From Amphiscolops sp. MND2022 (taxonomy: Eukaryota): DNA of 64,000 nucleotides. The notes below the pieces were generated by a model, which was not told the origin of the DNA, did no database searches, and saw only the letters and a list, made by a program, of their open reading frames with translations. A program made the position numbers and the translations under genes. The stretch is taken from positions 4,404,001 to 4,468,000 of the forward strand of contig OZ076409.1 of assembly GCA_964187785.1 (NCBI GenBank), in the 5' to 3' direction. Each line of letters starts with the position of its first letter. Position 1 is the first letter of the stretch. Of the stretch, positions 47,101 to 61,300 are shown one piece after another.

Positions 47101-50100
47101 GTCATTGCCAGTCTTTGGGATTGGTGTAACCTTAGCGATTTTCAGACAATCCGGGAAGATTCCGTGTTCAAATGATCGGTTGATCAATTCAGATAATACT
47201 GGGCTGAGAATTTCCTCAGACATCTTCAATACCTCTGTAGTAATGCCGTCAAAGCCTGGTGCTTTATTGTTTCTCAAACCTGAAATGATTTTCGAGACTT
47301 CTTCAGGATTTGTGGGTTTCAGAAACATTCTCAGGTAGGATTTCCCTACATAGACTTGGATTGATCGGTTCTAAATCTTCCAGCAAACTCGCAGCTACAT
47401 TAACATAATATTGATTGAATTTTTCACAAATGATTGCATCATCAAACAACTCTTCTTCTTTATAGATTACACTTTGAAAATGATCAGTGCTTCTGTCTTC
47501 TTTGACCAAATTATTGAGATTCCTGAAGAAAACTTTTATCTTCAATTGAAGTCCGAAAGAGGTTCTAATAATAATCTTTTTTGGCTGATTGGAACAGTTT
47601 TTTCACTTCTTTGTATTTTTCTGCATTGTCATCAGTCTTGCTCTTCAAATAAATTTGATAGAGTTTATCTCTTTTCAAAATTTGATTTTTTAAGAAGTTG
47701 TTATACCATGGAGATTTGCTTTTACCCGAATGTGTAGTAGATTCTTTCGTGTAATTGGCAGAAGCGGAAGTAATTTTTTCAATGATGTCTTCCGTAGCCT
47801 CTTTCACATTTGTACGCAGTATTTCTTCTCCATTGAATAGCGTCTGGAGTTCTGATAGAAACCTAAGTTTCTGATCGTTGTCTGTGAGAAAAGTGAACTT
47901 TTTTTCTTAACGGAGCTAACGTTCCCAACGAATAGGAGTTTGATGAATGTTGAGTAATGATCAGTTATTGTAGTCTTAATCACTCCACTCGATTTTTTCC
48001 ACATCTGTAGCTTTCATGAGTACATGATCTACCAACGTTTTGGAATTTTTCTGCACCCGTGTTTGTTCTTTAATGACTTGTTCAAACCCATTATATTGTA
48101 AAGTCTCAAGGTATTTTTCCCTAAATATCCAATCCTTCAGAAGATCTAAATTCATATCACCAACATATACCGGAATAAGTTTATCACCCAGCTTTGTCAG
48201 TAGTTTATCGATGTCTTGCAATAAAATGTTCTTTGAAAGAGAAGGCGAATTGTATATGCAACACAGAATGAACTAGTTTGTCCATTTGCCTGTGATCATG
48301 ACAGTAACATTCTCAATTCGGGTGCAGATATCAATTGGTTGGCAACGACAGTCTTTTCTGACATAAACGCTAACTCCACTGGCTTTGTTAACAAAAGCTT
48401 GCGTAATCGGTTTGTGATAGTCTCTGATGTGCTGCGCTTTCTTGGCGCAGTTCTTGAGCCATGTTTCAGAGACATATGGCTATGGGCTTGCGCTCGAAGG
48501 TCTGGAGAAAAACTTGCAGTTCGTCAAGGTGTTCATTTATGGACTTGATGTTCATGTGAAAGATCAAATGTGTTTCGCTTGTGTTTCTGTGGCTCCTAAT
48601 TTCATTCTTATTTATGATTGCTACTGATTATTAAAAATAAAACATGATTCAACAGAGTCAAAATTGTACCCAAGTTCAATTCCTGCTTCAAATAAACCCC
48701 CCAGGGTATTAACAGTTTTGTCATCAACCCATTGATAAAAAATAGTTCCTTATCTTATCCAGACGTTAGCAATTCGGCTATCTGACTTCATGAGATTGAA
48801 AAATTTCAATCGTGGCACAGGGATGTTCGATCTTGGTTTACCAGTCCGGGAGGGCAAGCGATGTGCAATTGAAATGTCATCATCCTTAACTTAGGCTCCT
48901 GCTTCTTTTGCCAACTCGATGACTTTTTGGATTGTGGTGGAATAGCGTTCAGGAATTTTTCTATTGTCGGCATCTTTTTCAGCTTCTTCCGGTAGCCCAA
49001 CGATTCTTATGTTTTCTCTTCTGTTATAGGACTCAAGTAACTCTGCCTCAGATTTGGCCTTCAGGTCGCTTCTTCGTTGCTCGTGTTTCAGGTGTCCATC
49101 CACGACTTGCAAAATTTCTGATTTTATACGGGTGGCAGCTTCATTGACGATCGCTTGTATCGCTTCCATCAAACTCTTTGATTTTTGTAGCCATTTGGGG
49201 TAACAATTTTTCCATCGTTTTCTCAATAGTGCTTTCGATCTGGGTCAAATCATCGCTTATTGGACTGAGGGTCGAACATAATCTTTTATTGTCTGCCTTG
49301 TTGCTGATGGGTGTTTGGTCCTGAAATCTCAGTGGAGGAATTCCATCGTGATTGTCGGTCATCTTTGACGTCCAGTGAAATTGCCAATGAACCACTTGAA
49401 CTCTGAAACTATTTAATAAGTTTATCACAACAATTAGGCTTTTTTTCTCCCTAATATCGAATCTTTAACTTAATGTATATTTTGAATTGAATGATAGTTT
49501 AGTTTGTGCAATAAAAAGAGCGGAATTTTTCATACTCCTGGGGTTTTCAAAACGTAAGACTTGGAATCTTTCGAAATTCATTTTGGAACCCCGTGTTTAC
49601 TCTGGGGAAACTTTGAGTTTAGAAAAGTTTATGAGTTGCCGCTAATGAAATCGTTGAAAAATTTTTCGCGGCCGCTGATTGGCGAAATCGTTGATTAGCT
49701 TTGTTAAAACTGCTCCAAGGTGACTTAAATGCCAAAGGCCAACTGTGGTGCAGGGTTGGCTGGTTGCAATGAAATGATGATGATTATTTGATAAACGAAT
49801 CAATAGCTTTTGACTTTCGTTACGTACGCTGGACAATTGGAATGCTCCAATCTTTGATTTTTTTAAATGTATGCAATAAATTGAGGAAATTTTACCCTGT
49901 GAGACTGATATTTCGAAAACGATTGATAATTTTGGAAATCAAACCAAATATGGCTCAGTTGATTTGGGGGAATTAATCGAGTTGTTTAAAACTTTGTTAA
50001 AAAAGCTGTTGGTAAAAGTGTCAAAATTCACAGAAACGGCAAAACCTCAATTTTGATCGAAATCAGCTAATTATAACTTTAACAGTTTGCCTGTAATTTT

Positions 50101-53100
50101 TTTTAAAACAAAATACTAATGTAAACTAGATGAAATTCTAATAACTTTTAATTTCTGACGTTTTTGAAAACTTTCAACCGATTTCGAGAAAGCCGAGCCT
50201 ATATTTGCCCAGGGGATGCGATTTCTTAATCAGTGAACAGTATTTATTCCGTTTTCTGCACAATGAGATTTTTTTCGGACAATAAAAACATAAATTCACT
50301 CCTGGAACAAGCTGAGAGTGCATAGGAAAGCGCCTATTGTAACGCAAATTTCTCCGTCATAAATGAAAATGAGCAACTTTGAACTATGAATCAAGGTAGC
50401 AGTGTTGCCCGTTTAATTGAAGTTTAAAACGGCTTTCAAACGCTCAATAAACGCTGGCGTTCAATTAATCACTTGAAATCGCGTGACCGGTTAAACACCT
50501 GGCCGTTTAAACGTTCTCGAAAGCGTTCAAATATCAAAACTGGATGTAAAAGATAGAATTTTGTTGACAATAATTATTTTATTTGGACAAAAATTTCAGC
50601 GCGAACGATGTCGACATAATGACATTTGTTTCTTTATTTCTTGTTTCTTTATTTCCCCCGTGTCCGCCGCTTAGTGGGGGGATAAGAAACATGGTCCCAA
50701 TTAAAGGCCATCCCATCACTGCTGTGGTGTAAAAATTAACAGTTTGCATTTGAACCAGGCTTGGCATATATTGTGTGGCAATATTAATGGTCAATTTCGA
50801 CGAATACAATAACTAGTTCCCCTCAATTGAAATTTTACAAACAATTGTTGCCAACTTTAACAATAATTGCAATATTGCAAGGAAATAGAAAACAAGTTTC
50901 AATTCAGTTTTTTTATTAACACCGTTAACAGTTTTTACAGTTCCAGTATTTTTTTATTACAACGCAAAAATAATGTTTCGGACCATGTGATCTATTCCCC
51001 CCCCCAAACTGCGGGGGGGGGGGGGATAATACAGTAGGTTCAAATACTAGTTTTAAACGAATTAATTATGTCGACATAACATTTTAAATAGTCAAATACC
51101 ATTATGTCGACATCGTTGCGTTGAAATTTTAGTCCAATAATATAATTGATGTCGACATAATCATATGATTATGTCGACATCAATTATTTTATTGGACTAA
51201 AATTTCAACGCAACGATGTCGACATAATGGTATTTGACTATTTAAAATGTTATGTCGACATAATTAATTCGTAACTGTCAATCAATGTAAAAGATATATA
51301 TCTTTTACATTGATTGACAGTTAAAATCAATCATTATTCTTTGAAATGTGCTTCCAAACGGACATACTTCCATATTTACAAAACTACGAACTTTGCATTC
51401 AGCATTTAAAAAATTTGGGTCTTTTGCCACGAAGTTTAAATTCACGCGTTTGTTAATATTTGTAAGCATATCAACTTGTTTTATTCATTCAATAATTAAT
51501 ATACTTGTGAAAAAGCCGTTTTCGTTTTGGGGGGGGGGGGAATTTCTAACAAGGTGTAACTGGGGGTGGGAAATAGATCACATGGTCCAATGTTTCTTCC
51601 AAATGAATAGGATCCATTTTCCCTCGGTTGTGGCGGGATAATTATTCGTAAATTCTACAGCGGCAATGGTGACCTAATTTCTATGCCCCTAAATTTAGTG
51701 GAATATATTGTATATGTTGTCAATCAATTATTGCAATACTAATTAGAGGTTAAATAAATATATTTAGTTGGATTTAGTGGCAATAATTTTAGTTGCCACT
51801 CAATATTTGCCAAGCTTGGTGTGAACTGTTGAGAGAAACCGATTTTGTGACCGATAATTATGTATGTTTCCGGAGAACATGGATGATTGAATAGCATAGC
51901 ATTGTTTTGTCGAAACAGCAAACGTTTTCATTACCCATAGCCCAGTTGTCGCAATTTTGAGACTCCACTTGATTACTTAATGAACACTTAGCACACGACA
52001 CAGGCAGGGGTGTGAAATATTGTATTTATATATTTTTTCAAAAAAATATATTGTTTGATTCAATTTCAGCAATAAATTGTATTTTTTGTCCTGCAATATT
52101 TTAGAAAAACATAAGATTGTGAAATATTTTATTGGACAGAGAAACATTCATTTACAAGGCAAACATCCCAATGTTGTTTATTTGTATAAAGAAATACTAC
52201 ACTCTCGAAATTAATAGTCAAATTTGTTGGCAGGAAGTGTTGCTTCCAGTTCTTTCAAAGCTTTGTCCACAAAATCTAACTTAATAGTCTTTCACTTCTA
52301 GTCCGTTTAAAATGCATATTTAAATGAAATTTTATTTCTATTTTGCAATAATTTTTTTGCGCAATGTATTGTAGAGCTCTGACAATTTTTGCCTTATTTC
52401 AATAAATATATTGTATTTTTGCTCCAACTAAATAAATATATTAATTGTATTTAATTGCAATATATTGCAATACAATATAAATTTTTACACCTCTGGACAC
52501 AGGCGCCCGTAGGCGATCATGTACACTTCTCATTCTCAAGTTTCTTCGGGAAAAGTTGTTGAAGTCAACAATGGAATAATGGACGATACTTATCTGTCGA
52601 ATGAAGTGAATCAGAAGCTTCTAATGGGGAATATTAAAAGATGTTGAGTGAAGTTCATGTCAAGCAAGCATTTTGAACTGATTGTATTTTTTGTCCTGCA
52701 ATATTTTAGAAAAACAATAGATTGTGAAATATTTTATTGGACAGAGAAACATTCATTTACAAGGCAAACATCCCAATGTTGTTTATTTGTATAAAGAAAT
52801 ACTACACTCTCGAAATTGATAGTCAAATTTGTTGGCAGGAAGTGTTGCTTCCAGTTCTTTCAAAGCTTTGTCCACAAAATCTAACTTAATAGTCTTTCAC
52901 TTCTAGTCCGTTTAAAAGAATGCAGGTCATTTCGCCTAATGCCATTTCGCCTAAAAATTTAGTTGAGTCATTTCGCCTAAGAAAATTAGGCGAAATGACC
53001 AAACGGGAATAACGTCTAAATAATCATGTTTCGAAAAAGGCTTTCTGAAAGCGAAAATATCAAAATGTGGGGCATATGCGGTGTATGCACACTCGCCCTC

Positions 53101-56100
53101 ACCGTCGCAAAGACCAGCTCCCACTACGATCGCTTCGCGATCTCCGTTCCCGCTAGGTCTTTGCTCCTGTTCGACCTCGCTTAGCAAGATGGAACATAAG
53201 CGGCCCCAAGGGGCCGCGGGGCACTAGAAGGAATGGGACATATCCGAGGCACGTTTTCTATTTTATATCACTTTTTAGTTTTAGATCTTAAACGATTTAT
53301 TTGTTTTCCAATTTCATGTGTTTTTCACGTTTCTGAAAAAAAAATTAGGCGAAGTGACCAAAGTAAAAGACGTTTCGCCTAAAAAAATTAGGCGAAGTGA
53401 CCAAACACGTTAGGCGAAATGACTTTAGGCGAAATGGCATTAGGCGAAGTGACCAAACACGGTTTAAAATGCATATTTAAATGAAATTTTATTTCTTTTT
53501 TGCAATAATTTTTTTGCGCAATGTATTGTAGAGCTCTGACAATTTTTGCCTTAATTCAATAAATATATTGTATTTTTGCTCCAACTAAATAAATATATTA
53601 ATTGTATTTAATTGCAATATATTGCAATACAATATAAATTTTTACACCTCTGGACACAGGGGCCCGTAGGCGATCATGTACACTTCTCATTCTCAAGTTT
53701 CTCCGGGAAAAGTTGTTGAAGTCAACAATGGAATAATGGACGATACTTATCTGTCGAATGAAGTGAATCAGAAGCTTCTAATGGGGAATATTAAAAGGTG
53801 TTGAGTGAAGTTCATGTCAAGCAAGCATTTTGAACTGATTGTATTTTTTGTCCTGCAATATTTTAGAAAAACAATAGATTGTGAAATATTTTATTGGACA
53901 GAGAAACATTCATTTACAAGGCAAACATCCCAATGTTGTTTATTTGTATAAAGAAATACTACACTCTCGAAATTGATAGTCAAATTTGTTGGCAGGAAGT
54001 GTTGCTTCCAGTTCTTTCAAAGCTTTGTCCACAAAATCTAACTTAATAGTCTTTCACTTCTAGTCCGTTTAAAAGAATGCAGGTCATTTCGCCTAATGCC
54101 ATTTCGCCTAAAAATTTAGTTGAGTCATTTCGCCTAAGAAAATTAGGCGAAATGACCAAACGGGAATAACGTCTAAATAATCATGTTTCGAAAAAGGCTT
54201 TCTGAAAGCGAAAATATCAAAATGTGGGGCATATGCGGTGTATGCACACTCGCCCTCACCGTCGCAAAGACCAGCTCCCACTACGATCGCTTCGCGATCT
54301 CCGTTCCCGCTAGGTCTTTGCTCCTGTTCGACCTCGCTTAGCAAGATGGAACATAAGCGGCCCCAAGGGGCCGCGGGGCACTAGAAGGAATGGGACATAT
54401 CCGAGGCACGTTTTCTATTTTATATCACTTTTTAGTTTTAGATCTTAAACGATTTATTTGTTTTCCAATTTCATGTGTTTTTCACGTTTCTGAAAAAAAA
54501 ATTAGGCGAAGTGACCAAAGTAAAAGACGTTTCGCCTAAAAAAATTAGGCGAAGTGACCAAACACGTTAGGCGAAATGACTTTAGGCGAAATGGCATTAG
54601 GCGAAGTGACCAAACACGGTTTAAAATGCATATTTAAATGAAATTTTATTTCTTTTTTGCAATAATTTTTTTGCGCAATGTATTGTAGAGCTCTGACAAT
54701 TTTTGCCTTAATTCAATAAATATATTGTATTTTTGCTCCAACTAAATAAATATATTAATTGTATTTAATTGCAATATATTGCAATACAATATAAATTTTT
54801 ACACCTCTGGACACAGGGGCCCGTAGGCGATCATGTACACTTCTCATTCTCAAGTTTCTCCGGGAAAAGTTGTTGAAGTCAACAATGGAATAATGGACGA
54901 TACTTATCTGTCGAATGAAGTGAATCAGAAGCTTCTAATGGGGAATATTAAAAGGTGTTGAGTGAAGTTCATGTCAAGCAAGCATTTTGAACTGATTCAA
55001 CCTCTTCTTGATTCATTCTCAGTGTTGTTGCTACTGCTGTTGAAATAAGCAATAAAAAATAAGAAGCATTCGTTCGATTAGCCAGTGGTTGTTTCACCGA
55101 ATGAATGAAAGGTTGCATACGGTTGAAGGTAAAAAGGATGACCAATTAAGATGATTTTTAGTCGGCGCTTTTCTAGAGAAAAGAGTCGACTATAGTCATG
55201 GCTTTTCGTCAGTGTTTTTTTAAGACCACCTGAACTGACCAAAATAGTTCTACCAAAAGTTCTACAAAATTTCAAATTTCACCTGTTGGCCCAGGGAACA
55301 GAACCAAAAAGTTTCCCGCATAACATACAATGCCGGACGAGACCAAAGGGTCCCCCCTTTCAGTTTCTTTCGGCATTGCGAGACTTTTTTTTGGAAAAAT
55401 TTTTTAGTGCTGTAGAAGAGAATACTTTGAAACTTTGATGTCCTTTTGCTATTTTTGAGCCTTGGATATGGCGCCGACTTGGGCCGGTCCCGGCTTGTTT
55501 TAATTTTGAACTAAATTGCAATTTCCATTACGTAGAACTACTACACTACTTTTCACTGAAGCTTTTATGGTCTTGATAATAAAGAATAATAGTCTTTTTT
55601 ATGCAATCAAGGCTGTGTGACAATGAAAGTCAGTTTTTCAAAAATTCAAATCATGATACTTTTGCAATTGATTGAAAAAAATCCGATACTTTAGATGTTT
55701 TTATAGCGCATTTTGTCTCAACAAAAAGGCGTCAAAAAGTTGGAAAAATTGTTTGAAAAGCAAATCATTATCATCAAAGTTATCCAAGTAAATCTCCAAG
55801 AAACATCACATGTGTTTTAAAAAACTACAATCTGCTGTGCATAACTTCGATGTTCTCGCGAGTTGGCAATCCATTGAAATTGAGGAGCCAAACTATTTCC
55901 GTTTTTCCAATTTTTGACAGTTTTCCCACATTCTTTTTGCCAAGTTTTATGATCGATTAACCCCCACCCCCATTCCTACTGAAGCCATGTGGTAGTTTTG
56001 CTATCAAAAATCATCAACGTTCTCGAAATATCGGGCTCGAAAGGTGTCATTTCCTCGATTTACATAAAAGGCAATTAAGTTTTCGCACTGAGATTGTCAT

Positions 56101-58001
56101 TTCATTTAGAATGTTTCTGACACAAAAAAATATATCAAAGAATTCTAGACAATCTACAGAATCCGATGAATGTGAAATTTTTAGAAAAAGTTCCAAAAAC
56201 CTGCCCAAAACTGAGAAAATAACTAAAGGGTTCTTTCTGCGCCTGAGATTTCACTTAAGGAACTAGTTAAAATTGAAAGTGAGAGCAAATAAACAATGTT
56301 ATTTGGTTGATAACGACGCTCAGCGCTTAGTGGGACAATTCCTAATCACAGTACAGTATTGAGATTGAGAAATCACCTCCGGGTGATTTTAGGATCGATT
56401 CTCTCGAAATCAGTTGAAAATTTTGAAAGCATAACAAGTAAAAGTTTCTTCGAATTTCATCTAGTTTACATTAGTAATTTCTCAGACAAAAATCGAGAAT
56501 TACAAATAGCTGATTTTGAGAAAATTGGTGCTTTCTACCTTTTTTTTTCAATTTTTGGCCGTTTTTCTAAGTTTTTGGAAACTTTTGTGCTCAATTAACT
56601 CCCACAAATCTACTGAAGCCATGGATCTACTTTGATTCCGAAAATATCGACCGTTTTCGAAATATCGGCTCAAAGGATAAAAATTCTTCAATTTACATGG
56701 AGTTCACTTAATGCGCCGATCAAAATTGAAAGTGAGCGTAAATAAACAGTTTTAATTGGCAGAGAACGTCATAGGGCCTATATGGACGATTTCTCAATCA
56801 CAGTGCTAGTGCTGTGCTTCAATATTCGCCAGTTTTCCGAAGCAGCATTTTCGACAATTTGAATAACTGCAAGTTTTCTGGCTTGTTTTTGACGAGTTGG
56901 CCGGAAAGAGGAAGTGCGAAGAATTGAAGTTTCCACTTAAAACAAAATTTAGCGAAACAAAAAACATCAACCAAAAGTTCCAATGTTTCTCTCGAAAACC
57001 TAAAAAACCTTGTTAAATTTGACCAATTTCTTTTAATTTGAAGATGCTTTTGACATAATTTGTGAAAGACCCTGTCTTTCAGTCACCGCTCCTTATCGAT
57101 CACCGCGTGGTTGGTGGGGGCAGGGTTTTGACATCGCCAATTCTTTTGCTAATCGCTAAACCGCTAGTTTCAAAATCACTATTTCGCTCAAAAGCTTTTC
57201 TGCCAGCTGAACTATTAAATCTTTGTCTTGTAAAAGTATGTTTTAAAATTAAATATTAAGATTTTACAAAAAGTTATGGAACTCATGTATTCTCGAGGAA
57301 ATTTTGAAATTGGACAATTTATTAGTTGTCGCTAATTTGAATCACTGATAAAGTTCACCGCGGCTGCTAAATCGCTCATTAGCGGTGCGAAAACTGTTTC
57401 TCAACCTTTTTTTTGTGTCACAGGCTCGTGGTCCAATTTCAAAACATGGTAGGGCCACTTTGACCTAGTATTGATACCAGTGGGATAAAAAGGCCACAAA
57501 CGGAAACTGGGAAAACCGAAAATCTTCGCTGAATTTTTTTGCAATTTTTTGGCCCCGTTTTCTTGGTTTCGGAGACATCAAGTCAATATTCCGTGGAAAG
57601 GTGTGCAATGTTATATAATATCGTCTGAAAATCTTATTCAAGAGTTTTCTTCACCATACAGTCAGCTGGTGCATTCAGAAGTTTGCAGAAACTAACTGGT
57701 ACGAAATCGTACCATCGTCCATTTAGGGTTAAATTTGACTAATTTCTCACAATTTGAAGATAGTTTTGGCACATAATTTTTCAACCTTTTTTTCTGTCGC
57801 AGGTTCGTAGCCCAATTAGTGACCAAAGCTCAAGAGGTCGGCAATCGCAGTGGGGGCAAAGTGGCGATAGAAGACATTGTGTTTGTGCTTCGCAAGGACA
57901 GAGCCAAATTCGCCAGAGTTCGAGAACTTCTCACTGTGAACGACGAGCTGAAAAAAGCCAAAAAGGCCATCGCCGATTTCGACTCTATACCTGCTACGTA
58001 A
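44172..58001 (+). CDS. TAF13: TFIID subunit 13, join(44172-44374,44678-44896,57803-58001), 206 aa
   Basis: FAKEIRHMMYGLGD..PYKDSVDLVEQLV / EDIVFVLRKDRAKFARVRELLTVNDELKKAKKA matches the TAF13 histone fold; 621 nt, GT-AG, phases consistent. Confidence 0.92.
45203..49530 (-). mobile_element. Degenerate CR1-group (L2/Crack-like) LINE
   Basis: ORF1 fragment LESYNRRENIRIVGLPE; APE motifs GDMN, DHV, TDH; RT motifs KAPGFDG, NFRPISILP, QFGYR, FLDLSKAFDT, ADDT. Frameshifts, an internal RT deletion and a (TAA)n tail at about 45203-45220. 5' end approximate. Confidence 0.9.
50980..51588. mobile_element. MITE with GG termini and 8-bp TSD (Merlin- or Mutator-like) containing two palindromes
   Basis: TIR GGACCATGTGATCTATT...AATAGATCACATGGTCC; TSD AATGTTTC at 50972-50979 and 51589-51596. 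Confidence 0.8.
52076..54994. repeat. Three-copy tandem amplification (605, 1157 and 1157 bp)
   Basis: Units start ATTGTATTTTTTGTCCTGC at 52076, 52681 and 53838; copies 2 and 3 carry an extra inverted-repeat element (52918-53462, 54075-54619). Confidence 0.93.
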
Positions 58002-58335
58002 CAAAACGACGTCGCAGCTATGCTTTTACTTCTACTACTATCAGTCTCTTTCTACTCTGTATATCGTGTTACAACGTTTGCTGCTTGGCCATCTTACCAC
58101 AATGTACCATAATAATGTATATTGCTCAAATACAATGATGCAAACTTCTGACTGCACCATATCAAAAACTGCAAAAAGGATCTAATCTGAAGTCTAATCT
58201 GGTTTCGAAGCGGTCTAATTCTTCATTATTGTCGCCAGTTTCTCGAAAAGTCTTCGACTTTTGAAGCAACCAAGTTACGACAACACAACATAAGTTTGGA
58301 AACTCGTCCTGTTTTCAACGCATTGCTGGACCATA

Positions 58336-61300
58336 ATGTTTGTCATTAGTTCTTGGAGCATACACAGCAGGGTTTTGACATCGCTAATTTTTTTCGCTAA
58401 TCGTTGACTCGCTAATTCCAAATTCGCTATTTAGCTGAATTTTTTAACTATTGGATGTTTGACTTGAAGAATATTTTAAAATTGAATGATAACCTAATTT
58501 GTTTTTTTTTAAATAAAAAAAAGTGGAATGTTTCATACTGTGCGGGTTTTACAAGGGTAAGATTTGAGATATACATTAAAATTCTATTTGAAACTCTGTT
58601 TAGGATCCGAAGGAAATTTTGATTTTGGACCTTCTTTTAGTAGGCGCTGATTGAATCGCTTTTAAAATCGCTGAAAAATTACCGCGTGGCCGCTAAATCG
58701 CTAATGAGCGGTGTCAAAACTCTGATACAGAGCTTCTTTCTCTGCTTACTTCTCAACGTGGGCCATGTTGATGGAACCTCCTCCTCCTCCTCGAATACCC
58801 TGAAGTTGTCGGCTCTGAGGTTCTACGACCCTCCGCTGTCCGACCCAGATGGCATGACTATGGGACTTCTACAAGCTGCCTATATCGACACTGCTCAACC
58901 CACTAATGTGTCCAACTGGTTGCCTATTTGTGAACTCAGCTATACTGTAAGTCATTCAAAATGTTTTTATCATTATTTCTATGTAATTTTATTGTTATTT
59001 TCCACCCTCACAAATTTATTGCATTTTTTTCTTCCAAATTCTGTCAAAAGTCCACTTAGTGATAAAATCCATTCGATTTAGTCACGGTGGCCCAGTCAGT
59101 TGGTATGGCGTCCACCTGCCAGTCGGTAGGTCTTGGGTCCGAACCCGGGCTGGAGCCTGGAGTTTTTTGTGCTTTCCCAGGCAGTACGTCGCCTTCGCAA
59201 TACTTTTTTGCAATACGAGTGTTCGGAAAATGTCCGGGTGCTTAGCGGGCGTCTTGTTTTAGTATTTTTTACGTAAGCCGGGGCGTTATTGTAACGCGAT
59301 AAGTCAACCTTTTTAACATTTCTGCGGTAGCAGGAATATTATTGAAACCTCAACATGTTAACTTTTTTTTCAGTAAAATTTTTGTGATACTGAAAAATTC
59401 AGATATTTTATCCGGCAGTGAGTATAGGCGTGAGATTTAAACATCTCAAGCTGCCGACAACAATTCGTCTTTCGTGCGATGGAACGAGCGAGTGGTAATT
59501 ATGCATTCGTACGCCGAATTCATTGAGATAAAGCGAACGATTGTTCGTAATTATCAATTCCTACGCCGAGTCATTGAGATGAAGCGAACGAATGTTAATT
59601 ATTTGTTCGTTTAAAGCTTCGCCTGCATTCAAATGCGAATGCGAAACTTCATCTACGATTAGTAGTTATATTTGCTTTAGCCTGAGGTTTGAGGGCGGTA
59701 TAAACTGGTACAGTGATTAATTGTGCACTAAATAATGATTAAACAGGAGTGTATTGGTATTCCAGATATGATTCTATTTTTAATGAAAGATTAAAACAAA
59801 TTTGTTTAACGGGGCCTATTTTTTCAATCCAAAATATTGCTACGTTTGCGTTTTCTTAGTTTTTATTCTAACTGTCTTTAATTAAAAGACAGCAACGGGT
59901 CAAGATTATTTTTAACATGAAACTAACAAGGTATTCACTAATTTACCGCTCGCTGAGAGCTTCACCTGCATGCAAGTGAGAATGCAAAAGGTAAAATTAC
60001 CACTCACTGTGACAGGTAATAATCGAAGGTTTTGATGCTTCAAGTCAAAATTATCCAGTTTGCACTTTCGCAAAATTCAAAAATGAAAGCTCGAAAACTA
60101 TCATTTGTTTATAGTCAACCAGAGTTCATGTTTTAAAACAGGGTGTTTTAAAACAGTTTTCGTTTCTTTCTATTTTCGCAGACCTTTCACACCGTCGTCA
60201 GCTGGTCTGCAGAGGGTTTTTCCATCCATGGGTCATGAACATTCTGAAATTCGGAATAGACTGAAACCTGAGAAAGTCCGTAAACTGGCCTTTTGTTTGC
60301 ATTTGCTTGCTCAATTCAGCTTCATTTTCTGAGTGACAAAGAACTGAATTGTGATAATGGAGTGAATTGAGTTTTTAGCTCTCGAAGTCTGTTTAAAAAC
60401 GTTTTAAAGTATAATGAAAATAATTTTCACGTTTTAAAACCAACCCTGCCGGCAACTAAATAAGAAATCGATTGTTCTGGCTGAAAAAAAAACGGTTCTT
60501 TTCCCATCCCCCGAATAGCTTGAAGCTTTGAAGCAGGGATGGATATAAATCCGTTTTTTTTTATTCAAAAAATAATCTCAATCTGATTTTAATTTTAAAA
60601 ATCATTTATTTCTTTAAAATTTCATCTCTTAACTGAAAAACATATCAAAAACTAAATCTTGAAATTTGTATCTTGAAGATTTTCCAAATTGAAAACGTTG
60701 AAACAAAATAACGGTTTTGAAGCCTTCTCGGTACCTAATCGATTACGCTGATCATTATGTAGTCATCCAAATGAAAAGAACATTCGACGATCTGAAAATA
60801 TTTCATTGATTTTAATGAATTTTTGAAAAACTTGATTTTAATTAGGATTTTAATCAAACATCCTTGCAAGAGAAACGTTCAATTTTCAATTCAATTTCAA
60901 GGTGGCAGCTTCAGACTCAAAAACAAACTTTGTTCACACTTTCTCCCCTTATGAAGTCACGCATTAGAAAATCAACAAGTTCCTGTTTTGAGTCACAAAA
61001 AACAGTGAATACAACTGTAATTATAGTTAAAGTGTGTGAAAAATGTTTTGTTCAAATGAAAAACTATTTCAATAGAAATTCACTTTCCGTTACGGAGAGA
61101 TTCAACTTTTAATCAAGCCAATCTGAAAATTCATATCAAAAATTTTGACGGTGGGAGGAGGAGGACAGAAAAGAGCCAAGGTCCGTCCGTTTCAGGCTGC
61201 GGAAAGGGCATGTGACATGTTGTTACCCGCGACCTACGACATGTTCGTAGCTGGGTCAACCTCTGCTGCCTACGACATCGCGGGTGTGGCCATGTGCATT

